A DNA stretch of 64,000 bases, from positions 41,356,001 to 41,420,000 of the forward strand of contig NC_087447.1 of NCBI RefSeq assembly GCF_036321535.1, in the 5' to 3' direction. Below, in pieces: positions 23,701 through 37,288 of this stretch. The notes under the pieces are model-generated. The model worked only from the letters and a program-made list of their open reading frames with translations. It did no database searches and had not been told where the DNA came from. Origin of the DNA: Camelus dromedarius. Taxonomy: Eukaryota. A program made the position numbers and the translations under genes. Position 1 is the stretch's first letter, and every line of letters begins with the position of its first letter.

Positions 23701-24929
23701 GATGTGCAAGCAGGGCATCCTTACTTACTGAATTGTGAGTAAACTTTTTCCACTGGGTCCACTAGTTTGCAGAAACTTTTGAGAGTTGCTTGTGGTGTTA
23801 GCAGTAGTAGTATCTTCAGTCCACATTTTTTGCAAGAGCCTTTTAAGCCACCTACCCATTTTATGATGGTTGGTTTAGTTAAAACTAGAGAAATAGATTT
23901 CATTAATCCACTTGGGCACACATAAACTGTGTCATCCTTCACTGAAAGCAAATGAGTACATGAGTGTGCGATGTCAGTCCCTTAACATTGTAGAATTTCC
24001 CCTGATCCCTCAGGACATCTCACGAAGTGGACTTGACAGTGACCTTTCAACAAGTGACTGAATGAAGGTACCATTGCCAGTATGCTTACTTAATGCTATG
24101 GAAGTAAAAATAAATAGGTTTCCAATTGTCTTCCCATAGTCCAGTGGATCATTTTGCATATTCCCTAGGCACACATACTCCACCCTGAAGACCATCATGC
24201 TGAGGCTCAGCCCCTAGCTCGACCAGGCTCCAGTGGCTCCTAGTCTTTGTCCAAGGTCTCAGGAGAGATACCCCAATGGGCCCAGCTTGAGTCAGTATCA
24301 ATCAGCCATGGTCAAGCAACAGGATCGTGGGGTATCAATGTGGCTATGGGGAGCCATCCCTCATATCTAGGGGTTCCTCCTAGAAAAGGGGACGTTGCTG
24401 AAAGCAGAAGTCTCTCCAGAGGGTGTCATCACCTGCTAACTTATCATTGTCTTCCTGTCCTGCCTTCTGGAGATCCTGGTCAAGCCTCCCAGCTCTTCAG
24501 CCACATTTACAGACAGTTTCTTGGGTTACTTCCATAGACTAATCAGGTCCCGTGGGGTGGTTTTTCACATGGTGGGACCACAGGGGGCAGCCATGTGTCC
24601 TTGCTGCTGTACAGTCAACATTCCTGACACCTCCAGGGTTCAGGGGCCTGACACTGATCAGGGCAGACTGTTTCTCTGGTCAGCTGGGTTCAGCAGAGAA
24701 AGATGGATGTGGTGATGACCTCAAGGATCTGGCACAGTAGACCCAGAAACACTTGCAAGTTGTCCCTCTGTTGTGAGTAACCACAGACGTTGCTTAGGCA
24801 TATGAACAAGCAAGCCTGATTTCTCAGAGTCCTGGCAGGGGAGGTTCCATCTGCTGAAATCTCTAGGAGCTTGTTTGACTTGACAATAACAAGAATCATA
24901 ATAATATACTTATTATCCTTACTGTCACA

Positions 24930-25125
24930 GCTATCATTTATTGAGCACCAGCTACCTAGTGTGTTAAATGCTTTTACATATATTATCTTATATTTTTGCA
25001 ACACCTTGTAAGATGGATAATAATATCTCTATTTTAGTGATGAGGAAATTGAGGCTTTCTGAGGTTCATTAGTTCACTCAGAATTACACAAGGGAAAGTG
25101 GCAAGGTCAAAACTAGATTGCCCTT
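24930..25125 (-). mobile_element. MIR
   Basis: catttattgagcacc...gatgaggaaattgaggct. Confidence 0.75.
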
Positions 25126-26244
25126 GATGCAAAATGTGTGCAGTCAATGGATAGAATCTCACATTTGGAGCTATCAGGCCAGGAGGAAGCAGAGGCTGAG
25201 CCAGTCAGATCTTTTAGAAGGTTAAATGGGTTTTCTGAGAGGTACTGAGGGAAGCTAGAACCGTGGCAGGTTTAAGCAGGTTCTTGGTAGGTACTGAGTG
25301 AGTGAATGAATGAATCAACTCTCCCAGGTTTGAAGACAATGAAAGCCTTCCAGTATCCATCGCTGGTGCTGAAATGAAGACAGCATATAAGCAGTGGTCC
25401 CTAGTCCTAGGCTTGGCTTCACTTCCAACTCATTTTGTGCCCTTGAGCAGATCGCTTCTCCCTTCTGAGACCTTGGTTTCCTCATCTGTGAATCGTTCAC
25501 CCTCCAAAGCCCAGTGGTTCACCCCGGCAGTTGCAAAATGATTGAGGCCAACGCAGAGCAATAGTCAAGTCAGACACTGTGTCTGTGACAAAGAAGGGTT
25601 GCAGGTATGTTAGAAGAGCCAGCTCTTAACGTCCATTTTCTAAGATCCCATGCAGTGCTTTTGGGGACAGTCAGAACTGGCATCAGGTCCAAAGTAAATG
25701 GACGGCTGTGTTTTTAAGGAAACATTTACTGCTGAAGGGAATGCTTATTCATTCTCTTTCTTGTTAACAAGGCATTTGACTCATGCTTTGGAAATCTGCT
25801 GCTGAGATCAGAGATGATGGCCTTGTGTTCATTGCTAATAAAAGCAGCCTTTGGAGCCTCCCTTACACTACAGGGCCGGCTGCTCCCAGCTCCCCAGCTC
25901 TGGGAGCCGATGGGTGTGTCCTGCAGGGTGCGGGGTTGGGACGAAAGGACTGGAATTCCCTCGGGAGAGATTTGGGACATCAGTGTTCAGAGGTCTCCAG
26001 GAAGCACTGGGTACCCCTCAGAGCGCTTTTGGTGGAGATCTGGAGAACTTGAGGAGACTCAGAAAAGTGGTTTGAGCAGCTGCCTACCGTCTGCCATAGC
26101 ACGTTCTCATACTGTGTCTCATGTGATCCTCCCAGAGGACCGAGGTGCCATGTTATCTGTGTCACCTTTCGTGAATTCTCTGGATTTCACAGTCCTATGC
26201 ACTATAGGTAGCATAACCCCTCCCTCTGCCCCCTGTCCTGCCGT

Positions 26245-26479
26245 CAGGGCCACATTAGGATTTTTGTGGACTCTCGGCATTTTTGCCTTCATGAACCCCT
26301 TCTTGCTTACAAAATTTATTTTATAACTCTGTTGGTATAAATATATTAATGTTATATATGAAAACATTTTTCTTTGACCTAGAAGTTCATTTTTTTCTTC
26401 TGATTTTTAAAAGTAATTAAAGCATTTTTATGAGTCCTGGACACTGTTCCTACCGTATGTAATGGATAAGTCAGCCCTG
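26245..26479. mobile_element. hAT-Tip100-like MITE
   Basis: Imperfect TIRs CAGGGCCACATT...AAGTCAGCCCTG around an AT-rich core; no clear TSD. Confidence 0.5.
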
Positions 26480-26489
26480 CCCTATGACC

Positions 26490-26656
26490 TTACTATTCAG
26501 AGCGCAGTCTAGTGACCAGCAGCGTCAGCATCACCTGGGAGCTTGATAAAAATACAGACTCTTGAGTGTTGCCTCAGGACTACTGAATCAGAATCTGCAG
26601 CTTTACGAGACCCCTGGGTTATTTGTATGTACATTATAGTCTGAGACATGCTGTCT
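26490..26656. mobile_element. MER5A-like hAT MITE
   Basis: gaccagcagcgtcagcatcacctgggagcttg...ctactgaatcagaatctgca. Confidence 0.85.
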
Positions 26657-26899
26657 ACCACACTGTCCCATGGAACCGATGCGGGTATCTGAATCACAGG
26701 TCATGCCGTTACCCCAGATTACAGCAAGAAGTTTAGTACCAGAAAATCCTGTATGGAAGACACATCTGGCACCAAATGGCTGTATAAATGCTAAGAATTC
26801 CTGGATGGCCCTGTGTGCCAAAGCTGTTCTCCTCTCTTAACCACCTGATGTCCCTCTGCCCTTCTCCCTGCTCCCGTACACTCCGTAGAGAAGTCAGAC

Positions 26900-27135
26900 C
26901 CAGGAGGAGGAGATGCATTTGCTTCTGAGTTGGCTCTTTCAGTGAAGCACCTGGCCTCCAGAGCCATAACAGGGACAGAGATGGATGCAGGAGGCACGGC
27001 CCTCAGTGCCTCAATCAGAGGTGACACATAGTCTCTTGGGCAGAGCTGGTCATACAGCCCCAGCCAACTGCAAGGGAGGCTGGGAAATGCAGGGGACCAC
27101 GGGAGTGTTCAGGGAGCACTAACCATCTCTGCCTC
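26900..27135. mobile_element. MLT1 (MaLR) LTR relic
   Basis: ctggtcatacagcc...ccaactgcaagggaggctgggaaatg. Confidence 0.6.
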
Positions 27136-28069
27136 TGGTGGAGAATCAGTGTGACAGGTCACAGCTACGGCAGAGCCTGAGGCCTCCCAGAGGCAAGAAG
27201 TTAAGGAACTGGAATGTGGACAACCAGAGAGTCAGAGCTTGCAGAGAAACCCTTAAAAAGCTGAGAGAATTAACTCAGAGGCAAACGCATGCCCTCCGCC
27301 AAGGTCTTACTTCTCCAGTAAGGGGGAGGGGAGCATCAGTTAGGCAGCAGTGAGTGTCTTTGGCAGCCAAGGTCATCCAGGAATTCTTGGCATCCACATA
27401 CCCACTTAATGCTGGCTATATGGTCCATGTAGGATGGCCTCTTCCAGAACTTCTTGCTACAAGGTGGAGGTGGGCACCCCAACTTGCATTAGACTTAGTC
27501 CCCAAGATGTACATGGAAAGCCACTGAGATCTGGGGTCTGTTGCAGCAGCTACTGCGAGTTATCCTAATTCATTACTCAAGCATCCTTGTCATAAGCACC
27601 CTGTCCCATTTCCCCAAAAGGGGAAGACACATACCACGGGTCCCTGGTGCTGTCCTCTCCCTGGGGCTTGGCCATCCAGCCTGCGTCTGCTTAGTGCCCT
27701 AACCCCACCCACTGTGTGCCTTGCCCCTCGATTCTAGGCTATTTATGTTGCATGTTGTAGGAAGGAAACTCGGGATCCCACTGGCAAATAAGTAAGTAGG
27801 GTGCAGAATCTAGGTCTTCTGACTCTTATGTGCCTGTGAGGGAGAAAAAATAAAGTAGGAGACGTTTGCAGCCATCAAGAGTAGGAAGGATTATTCCTCA
27901 GGAACCACACTAGCTTTTAACTGGCTTTGCACCATCTTCACTGAGAGATTTTATAAAGCGACAGGCTGCTGTTGGGCTGGGGGCGGGGAGTGCTGGGTGT
28001 AGACTACCATGGGCCCCTGACCGCATGTGGGAAATCCACGCTGCAAGGCTCGGGAAGGATCAAAAATGC

Positions 28070-28290
28070 CAGCGAACATCTAGTGTGCACCGACTGTGTG
28101 CCGAGCATTGTTTTAAGAATCTTATGTGTAGGATATACACTGTTATCATAACCCACATTCTACAAATGAGGAAACTGAGGTGGGGCAGGTACAGGAAGTG
28201 ACTTGCCCGAGGTCACTCAGCTACTACGTGGCAGGGCTGGGATGTGATCCCAGGCAGCCTGGCTCTGGAGCCCACGTGCACAACCACGTG
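28070..28290 (-). mobile_element. MIR
   Basis: acaaatgaggaaactgagg...aagtgacttgcccgaggtcac. Confidence 0.85.
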
Positions 28291-29539
28291 CTCTCTCAGT
28301 TCTGGATGCCCAGTAATCAGAGGGCTTAGGGACACCTCTGCTCAGTGCTTTGAGGAGGACACACTGAGATACTCCTTGAAAAAGGAGTCATTCCATTTGA
28401 CATTCCGTAGTCAAATAAGTTTGGGAAACGATCTATACTTTCTCTCCCTCTTGGAAAGTTATACTGCATGTTTGCTCCTTAAGGGCTGAGAAGACCTGCT
28501 GGACAGAAACCTGCCTGATGCTCAATATGTCCAAGTGTATCAAAATACAGAACCTTTGTTTTCAGAGCTCCTAATATCACCCAGAATGAGGCTTGCAGAG
28601 GACATTCCTTGGGGAAAGCTGGCTAAGGACATTTGTGCTTGAGTGGATGTGAGGCAGATCACACGACATCTAGAAAGACTTCGCCACTTGCAGAACTGCC
28701 AAGACAGGCTCTGAGTGGGCCAGGTCAGCTCCAGAAGCTTCTCCCTGGGAGGCAGACGGTGGCCAGAGTGGGGACAGCATGGACTTTGTTGGTTTCCAGT
28801 CCTGCCTGGCCACCCTCAGCTCTGTTAGTCTGGGGAAGTCACAATACCACACTGAGTCTGTTTCCTTCTCTGCAAAATGACACCTTCGTTCTAGTGCAGT
28901 TGGGGGATTGAGTGAGTGAATATCCCTAAAGCGTCAGCAACACAGTGTGCTTTGATGAATGGTGCCCGTTGTTATTGTCATCTGTTGTCTGTTTTGTTGG
29001 CCTTATTCTCACAGTTTTCCCTTGGTTTCATGGAAGGAAGGGTTGGAAGCTTCTAAGGAGTAGGCTGGGCCCAATTCTATCCTGTTAGGCTGGAGGTTGA
29101 TGTGCTTCTTTTCTGCTCCAAATAGGTCAGGGGATTCCCCCGTGTAAGGGGTAGTTTCCTCCTGAGAAGGGGAAGGGGCTGCTATTGGGTTGAACTTGGG
29201 TTGAACAAAAGAATAGGGAGGAAATTTTGAGAGCTGAGGTTGGGCCACACTCAGATTTAGCTTTAGATTGACATCAAAAGGGAGCTTTAACTCAGGATTC
29301 CAGAAGGTCCCAAAAGACCCAGAAAAGGAAAAAGTTGATCTCCTTGCTACAGGCAGAATCTGCCTCACAAAAAAAGGTTTTGATTATAAATGAGGTGCCA
29401 ACTGGCAGAGTGTGTACGGAAGTCTGTGCCAGCCCTCACCAGTCACCTAGCAGGGGCACTTCTAAACAACAGTTGACCTGAGAATACATTACAGGAAGGT
29501 GATTATTTTAAAAAAAAAAAGATCTTGGACAGAGAGGGC

Positions 29540-29730
29540 CACTGTGGTTGTGTGGAAAGAGCACTGGGCTGGGAGTCACTCTCAGCTGGTCTCCTCATGG
29601 CTATGACCTTGTCAAGTCACGCCACCCCACTGAAACTCAGCCTCTTCATCTGAAAAAGAAACAAAATAGGATCTACCCTGTAGTGTTTCTGTGAGAAACA
29701 AATTAAACAGTGGATCGGAAAGAGCTTAGA
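29540..29730 (+). mobile_element. MIR relic
   Basis: gtggaaagagcactgggctgggagtca...ctcagcctcttcatctg. Confidence 0.7.
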
Positions 29731-29929
29731 CACAAAGCTCTAAAGAGCAAGAGGTTAATGTTAAAAACTAGGCGCACTCTTTAAGGACTGCCACCAGGAG
29801 ACAGCCATCAAGATGAAACAGCCTCTTTCTCAAAAGCTGATGGACTCCCCCAAGGTGAAGTCAGCCAAGCAGACCCAGGATGTTGGTGAGGATTGGAGGT
29901 GGCCAGTGTAGGAGGCTTCCCGGGAGGTG

Positions 29930-30502
29930 GAGAGTTACCTTGTAACCCAGCAATGGCACTCCGAGGTATGTACCCAAGAGAATTGAAAACAGGTGTCCAA
30001 ACAAAAACTTGTCCCATCATGTTTATAGCAGGACTGTTCACAATGGTCAAAAGGTGGAATGTCCAACCTAATGTCCATCAACTGATGATAGATAAACAAA
30101 ACGTGATATAACCATGCAATGGAATATTATTCAGTCATGGGAAGGAATGAAGTACGAACACATGCTACAACATGGATGAATCTTGAAAACGTTCTGCTGA
30201 GTGAAAGAAGCCAGACACAGAGGCCACATGCTGTATGACTCCATTTATATGAAATCTGCAGAACAAGCAAATCCGTAGGGACAAAAAGCAGATTCATGGC
30301 TGACAGAGCCTGGAAGGAAGGGAGGAATGGGGTGACTGCCTGATGGATATGAGGTTTCCGCTCGGGGTGATGAAACGTTCTGGAAATAGATTGTGATGAT
30401 AGGTGCACAACATTGTGAAGCTGCTTAACGCCACTGAACTGTACACTTTAAAATGGTTGAAGTTGTACATTTTATGTATATTTTACCACAGTTAAAAAAA
30501 AA
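29930..30502 (+). mobile_element. LINE-1 3' fragment (L1MB-like)
   Basis: ORF2 C-terminal remnant (YPRELKTGVQTKTCPIMFIAGLFT), 3' UTR (gccactgaactgtacactttaaaatgg) and A-tail. Confidence 0.9.
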
Positions 30503-31284
30503 GGTTTCCTGATGAAGAGGAGACGTGACCCCAAGGTTAGGAGCCCCTCTTCTAGGGTGTGGTTGAGGTTAAGGGCCAGGGGTTCAGAGTTTATCAGCTG
30601 GAAGCTGAGGTCTTGTGTCAACAAATTTCCCAAGGGCCTATGGCGGGTAAGCCTTGTGTGGGGCCTCCAGGGGAATCTAGCGTCCAGTACAACATGCTTC
30701 CTGCTCTTGAAATGTCTATACATTATTCTCACTTAAGGACAGGCTGACAAGTACTTTATATAACAAGGGAGTGAGTGCAGGGGAGTGAGACAGTCATTCT
30801 ACCTTGGTCATCTGTGCAGGCTTCTCGGGAGAGAAGATAGTCAAGGAGGTGGAATTTGGGCAGGTTGGTAAGAGATAGAAGGCTTTCCAGGGAAATGCAC
30901 AGGGGGAGGTGGGCGGGGGAGCGTTTTAGAGTGGTGAACGGGTTGCTATGAATCAGGTGCGGTATCTGCGGAGCTGGGGGAGAGGGCCCTGAAAGAGAGG
31001 CTCCTGAAGGAAATGGGGCAGACTGTGGAGGGCTCTGAAGGTGGAGCTGGGGAGTGGGGACTTGTCTCTGGGCAGAGGGGAGCTGAGGAGTCTTCCAAGT
31101 GAGTTGTGGCGTGGCTAAGCCTGTGTTTGAGATGATCAGTGTGGTGGAAGAGGGACTAAAGGGAAGGAGGCTGAGGACGGGGAGAGGAGCTATGGCATCA
31201 CCCCTGCAGGGATCAGGGAGTCCCTGCCCCCCTATCTTACAGCAGTGGAAGTGAGGAGGGTCAGCCGAATCTGGTGAGCTATGC

Positions 31285-31600
31285 ACTAGGCGAGATTCTA
31301 GTTTGCATGCAACAGAAAGTCATTCAAAGTAGATTAGACAGCAACCAGAATTTTCTGGGTCACAGAACTGAGAAGTCTAGGGCAGTTCCAGAAGTGACCG
31401 GATCCATAGGGCTTGTTCCCTCCATCTCCAACAAAAGTTGCCAAATTGAATTTACTGGTCCATTCTGAGTCTTGTGTTCACCCCTCAGTTAATCCCTAGG
31501 GCCAGGGGAATGGGGTGTTCTAATGGGCCAGGCCTGACCCACAGTGGGGTCAACCACCCCATACCAAGCACAGGGATAATGAAGATGCTGCTGTTCCCAG
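31285..31600. mobile_element. MLT1 LTR relic
   Basis: gtttgcatgcaacagaaa...cacagaactgagaagtctagg...ctaatgggccaggcctg. Confidence 0.45.
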
Positions 31601-33699
31601 AAGAGGGGGGACTTGCTGCTAAAGGGGCATGAACTGTGGGTGTACCCCCGAAGCACCAACTCTGTGCCAAGTTGTTTACACATCTCATTTCATCCTCTCA
31701 ACCATCCTGAAGTAGAATCCGTTATCTCCCTTTTACAGAGGAGGAAATTGAGCTAACTTGTTTTCCCTCCCCACCCACCGAGCGCTTTCTCTGTTCTGTG
31801 CTGCACGGGCATCTCTTAGGGAGGCAAGGTGGAGCCACTCAAGAGGGTCACAGCTGAGAAAATAAGAACTAAAGCGTGATCTTGAGGTGAGAGACACTCA
31901 AGTTGCACTCACCTAGTTCAAGCAATGGTTAGAGATCCTGACCACTTAGTTGTTGAAGATTGGAGATCTGTCTCCACGGGGCCGGGGAGATGCTCGTCCC
32001 CTGCATCACTCCTGTCCCGGGGGCCAGGCCACTGGGAATCACAGTTGATCGGGGGTGGGAGAGTGGGGAGTGTGCATCTCTAGATGCATGCAGAGTACAA
32101 CCTGGTGGTGATTCAAAAGCATTCATAACAGACAGACTTCCTGAACACCGCAGCTTCCCTGCCCTTAGCAAGGCATCAAAGAAGAGGGTAATGGGGCATT
32201 TGTCAGGCAGGGAAGAGGGAGTAAAGAGCATTCCACGCATAGAGTGAAGATGTACAAAGGCACTGAGGCATGCTTGGCATGACAAGTCTTCACGATAATA
32301 AAATTTCCTGGGACTGCAGCATAATTTCATCAGAGAGGCAGGCTGCTGTAGAAATGGCTTCCTTTAGCATCAGCACCAAGCCAGAAGTTCAGGCCTCCCC
32401 CAGGCGATTCTGCTTCCCCGGTCTTCATTTTTAGGAATTAATTCACAACTAATGACAGAGTCACCCAGGCCCCTCTTTGCTGCCCAAGCCATGTGCCAGG
32501 TTAAAGGCCCTTGACTTGGTAACAGTAAGCAGCATAAATCTCGAGCATTTCCTGTTTGGGAAGTAGTGTGAGTGATGCAGTGTTGAGAGGGACTGGCAGG
32601 AGTGGACGGAGCTTAACTGTTGCCCGGATCCCTCCAGGGTCTGCCACAAGGCACTCTGGGTGAATTGGGGACGTTCTAGAAATGCTGACATTCCCGAGGG
32701 ACTGGCCCGGCCCCGGGTGGAAGGCGATTTTAGATGATCTGACTACTATTTTTGGAGTCTGGATCACATTAATTCACTACTGGTCCAAATGGTGGGCTGC
32801 CGAGGAGGCCTTCAGGGAGCCTGCGCGCTGTTTCCCAGCCCAGCCTGGGCTCAGCCTGCCCGGAGTCTGCACGCTCTAGGGGGGTTGTGCATCTCCTGGT
32901 CAAACGCTGATCCTCAGCACCCAAAGCACCCAACACCAACTGCTCCAAAGAGAATCCTTCACAGACGAGTACACAGGGATGAACCACCATCTTAGGATGT
33001 GACTCAGGACTATTTCAGGCTATTGTGCAGCTTGGACTCTGGCTAAGTTAGGAGAAAAGGCATCAGAGCAAGAGACATCCAGAAACTTCCCTGGCCTTCC
33101 CTGCTCAGAGTTGGTGGGACTCTGAGACTCTGGGCAGGGAACAGAGTCACTTTTCCCGTGGAGCTGAGAGTCCCTTTCACGTGTGTGTCGGCAGGAGAGG
33201 AGCCACAGGACAGGGGAATGGGCAACACAGGCTGCCTTTATTGGGCTCGGTCTGGATGGAGGAAAGGAGAGGGAACAGAATTTGTTCTGGGAACTTTCCA
33301 GCTGAAATGCCAGAGGAGCAGGGCTGGTGTGCGTGTCGTAGGTCACATTCCTCTGTTTCCAAAGTCAGTCCTCACTGATGAAAGGGGTGAGTACAGGGAA
33401 TCTCCAGACTGAGGTGCGTCCTGTCCTTGAGCCTCGTTTCATAGAGACCTCAGGGTGACAATAAAAGACGTTATTTCCATTTGTGCCTGTACTCGTAAAA
33501 GACATCTATTTGAACGTCCTGACTAGCAGAATTCTAAATGTCTTGGGAAGAAATAGTGCATCCTGCAAAAATGACTTGACTTTTGGGCATGTTGCGTGTG
33601 TTGAGTGTGGTCTGGGGGGAGTGCGTGTATACATGTGTGTTCATGGGCGTGCATTCACCCTGTGTACTTCCCAGCTCTAGCCACGCCTGTGAGCACCAG

Positions 33700-33822
33700 A
33701 CCATGGTTCTGTCTCTTACCCTGGAGTTCCGTGGCTTACTTTACCTGGTTTTCTACTCAACACAGAGCCTGGCTTCGTAGGTGCTCAGTAAATATTTGTA
33801 AATGGAAAGACGGATGAATGAT
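33700..33822 (+). mobile_element. LINE-2 3' end
   Basis: acacagagcctggc...taggtgctcagtaaatatttg...gatgaatga. Confidence 0.75.
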
Positions 33823-34189
33823 CTGCAAATGCCTCTTGGTGAATTTCTCTTTCTTTTGGGTGTAGTCTTGTCTCCAGGTCTGTGTGTCTGTCTCTGTGAG
33901 CTCATGTCCCTCATCCCTTCATTTCTTCCTATTTCTTTTCATTTTTTTGTCTCTTCCTCCTTCATTTCTGCCTATATAACCCCATATACATGCACATATA
34001 CTCCATCTCTTTTCCTCAACCTGTTTTCTTAAATTATGCACACTCAGGAATTTTAGAGATGGAAGGAAACTTAGAAATCATCTAGCTTAATTTCTACCTT
34101 TTATGTTTGAAGAAACTGTGTCTGGAGAGGTCACAATGTAGTAAGAATCGGAAGTAGTTTCCTTGTTGTTGTTCTGCTCTTTCTTTTTT

Positions 34190-36280
34190 TTTCTGCAAAA
34201 GTTTTATTTTTTTAACAGCTTTATTAATTCACATACCATATAATTCACTCAATTAAAATGTACAATTCAAAAAATAAATAAAATATACACTTGAATGGTT
34301 TTTAGTACATTCAGGGAATTGCACGTCATCACCACGATTTAATTCCAGAACATTTTCATCACCCAAAAAGAAACCTGTACCTATTAATAGTTACTCCCCA
34401 TTCCTCCACATCCCTCTAGCCTTAAGCAACCACTAAACTACTTTCTGTCTCTATAGATTTTTATTGACATTTTGTATAAATGCAGTCATACAATAAATGG
34501 TCTTTTGTGATTGGCTTTTCTCACGTAGCATAAAGTTTTCAAGGTTCATCCATATTTTAGCATGTATCGTACTGCATTCCTTTTATGGCTGAATAATATT
34601 CCATTGTATGGATATACCACATTTTATTAGTCTATTAATTAGTCGGACATTTGATTTGTTTCCACTTTTTGACTATTATGAATAATGCTACTATAAACAT
34701 TGTGTACATGTTTTTATATGGACATATGTTTTCCTTTCTCCTGGGTATACACCTAGGAGTGGAATTGGTGGATCATAGAGCAAATCTGTGTTTAACCTTT
34801 TAAGGAACTGCTGATGTGTTTTCCAAAGTCTGTATCATCTTACATTTCCACTGGCAATGTATAAGGTTTCCAGTATCCACACCATTGCCAATACTTGTTC
34901 TTATCTGTCTCTTTATTTTTGCCATCCTAATGGATATGAAGTGGTATCTCATTGTTGTTTTGATTTGTACTTCCCAATAGCTAATGATGTTGAACATACT
35001 TTCCTGTGTTTATTGGCCATCTGTATATATCTTCTTTAGAGAAATGTCTATTCAAGCTTTTTGTCCATTTTTAAATTTTTTTTGTCTTTTTATTATTGAT
35101 TTGTAAGAATTCTTTATATAATCTGGATACAAGTCCCTTATTAGATATATTATTTGCAAATGTTTTTTTCCTATTCTGTTGGTTGTATTTTTACTCTCAG
35201 TTGTGTCATTTGTAGTGCAGAAGTTTTTAATTTTGATGAAGTCCTATTTATTTATGTATTTATTTTGTTGCCTGTGCTTTTGGTATTATATGTAAGAAAG
35301 TATTGCCTAACCCAAGGACACAAACATTTTCTCCTGTGTCTTTAAGTGTTTTATAGTTTCAGCTCTTCCATTTGTGTGTTTGATCCATTTTGAGTTATTT
35401 TTGTATATGGTTTAAGGAAGGGGTCCAGCTTTATTCTTTTAAATGTGGATATCTGGTTGTTTCAGAACTATTTGTTAAAAAGACTATTCTTCCCTCCATT
35501 TATCTTGGCACCCTTGTTGAAATCAATTGACTATAAACATAAGTGTTTATGGACTCTCAATTCTGTTCCATTGATCTATAGGTGTGTTCCTGGTTTTTTA
35601 TTTTTTTGTCTTATGTATATATATTTTTTATTGATGTATAGTCAATTTACAGTGTTGTGTCAATTTGTATTCTTGTATAGTATCCAATATCATGCTTATT
35701 GTAGTTTTATATACTAAGTTTTGAAATTAAGAGGTGTGAATTATCCATTTTTTCCTTCCTTTTTCAAGATTGTTTTAGTTATTCTTGGTCCCTTGCATTT
35801 CCATATAAAATTTAGGATCTGCTTGTCAGTTTTGTTTTTTTTTTTTTTTTGCAAAAAAAAAAGGCAAGTAGGATTTTGACAGGGGTTGTGTAGGATATAC
35901 AGCTCAATTCAGGGAATATTCCATCTTAATATTAAGTCTTCTGATCTATGAACATGTGATGGCATTCCATCTGTTTAGTTCTTTAATTTCTTTCAGTAAT
36001 ATTTTTTTGTTTTCAGAGTATAAGTTTATCATTTCTTTTGTTGAGTGTATTCCTAATGATTTTCTGCTTCTTGATGCTATTATGAATGGAATTGTTTTCT
36101 TAATTTCATTTTCGGATTGTTTATTGCTAGTGCATAAAAGTATGGTTCATTTTTGTATATCAATCTTGTATCCTGCAACTTTGCTGAGCTTATTAATTCT
36201 AATAGATTTTTAGTGGATTCTTCAGGATTTTCTATATAGAAGATTGTGTCATCTTTGAATAGTTATAGTTTTACTTTTTT
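34190..36280 (-). mobile_element. LINE-1 fragment, about 2.1 kb (L1MB-like), decayed
   Basis: 3' UTR and ORF2 remnants (ORF 34800..34997: [19 protein letters not shown]) with many frameshifts. Confidence 0.9.
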
Positions 36281-36442
36281 AAAACTAGAATTCTTGGAGC
36301 CTACTCCAGAGCATTTTTATTTTGTTAGAGGGTCCTGAAAGGAGCTTTGTGGTTGGCCTATGAAAGCAGTTTTTCCTTCAAATTTATTGATACTAATTCC
36401 AAGGATTTAAACCTGATATGGCTAAGAAATTCTATCAATAAC

Positions 36443-36844
36443 TGTATTAGTTTGCTAGGGCTCCCATAACAAAATACCACAGATTGGGTGGCTTAAACAA
36501 CAGAAGATTCTTTTCTCACAGTTCTGGAAAAGTCCAAGATCAAGGTGTCAATAGGCTTGATTTTTCCTGTGGTCTCTCTCCGTGGTTTGCAGATGGCCAC
36601 TTTCTTGCTGGGTCCTTACATGGTCTTTCTCTGTGCATACACACCCCTGGTGTCTCTCTGTGTGTCCAAATTTCCTCTTCTTATAAGGATAGCAGTCAGG
36701 TTGAATTAAGGTCCACCCTAACTGTTTCATTTTAATGTAATCATGTCCTTTAAGACCTGTCTCCAGATACAGTCACATTCTGATGTGCTGGGGGCTATGG
36801 CTTCAATATATGAATTTTTGGAGGACACAGTTCAACTCATAACA
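36443..36844. mobile_element. MLT1A-like MaLR solo LTR
   Basis: TG...CA ends (tgtattagtttgctagggct...caactcataaca) and 5-bp TSD ATAAC/ATAGC. Confidence 0.9.
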
Positions 36845-37210
36845 ATAGCCTTATTCAAATTCCTCTGATCTGATTTCTGGTTAGTTGCAATTAGTGAAGC
36901 CAGAATTTGTTTTAAAAATCCATTCCCAAGACCATCAAGTTACAGTGACCTGAAGCCACAGTTAAAAGGCACTGCCTCTAGTCCCTGAGCTAAGGATCTT
37001 CCCTTGTGATTCTGCTTGTTTCCTGAGTTCATTTAGTCAGTCTACCCTCCAGGCACATCAAGGAGGGTCAACTACCAGTCATCGGACTCAGACATGCATA
37101 TAACATCTAGAACCTCTATTTATATTGCCTGCTTAAAAATAAATAAGTAAATAAAATTAGCCCCAATGCTGTGTGAACAGTATTGTGGCATCCTTGTTTG
37201 AGGAGTCCAT

Positions 37211-37288
37211 CTGTGAAGTGAAATTTGAAGTTCTTAAATGGAAAGTCTCCTGTGAAATGAATTTTAAAGTTCTTCAATGCAAAAGCTC
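37211..37288. repeat. 39-bp imperfect tandem duplication
   Basis: ctgtgaagtgaaatttgaagttcttaaatggaaagtctc / ctgtgaaatgaattttaaagttcttcaatgcaaaagctc. Confidence 0.85.

Noticed and set aside
25814..26326. 170-aa ORF, and similar long ORFs at 30756-31286, 39480-39938 and 40610-41155
   Set aside because: No recognisable protein family, several run into repeats, and such lengths are expected by chance in GC-richer intronic DNA.
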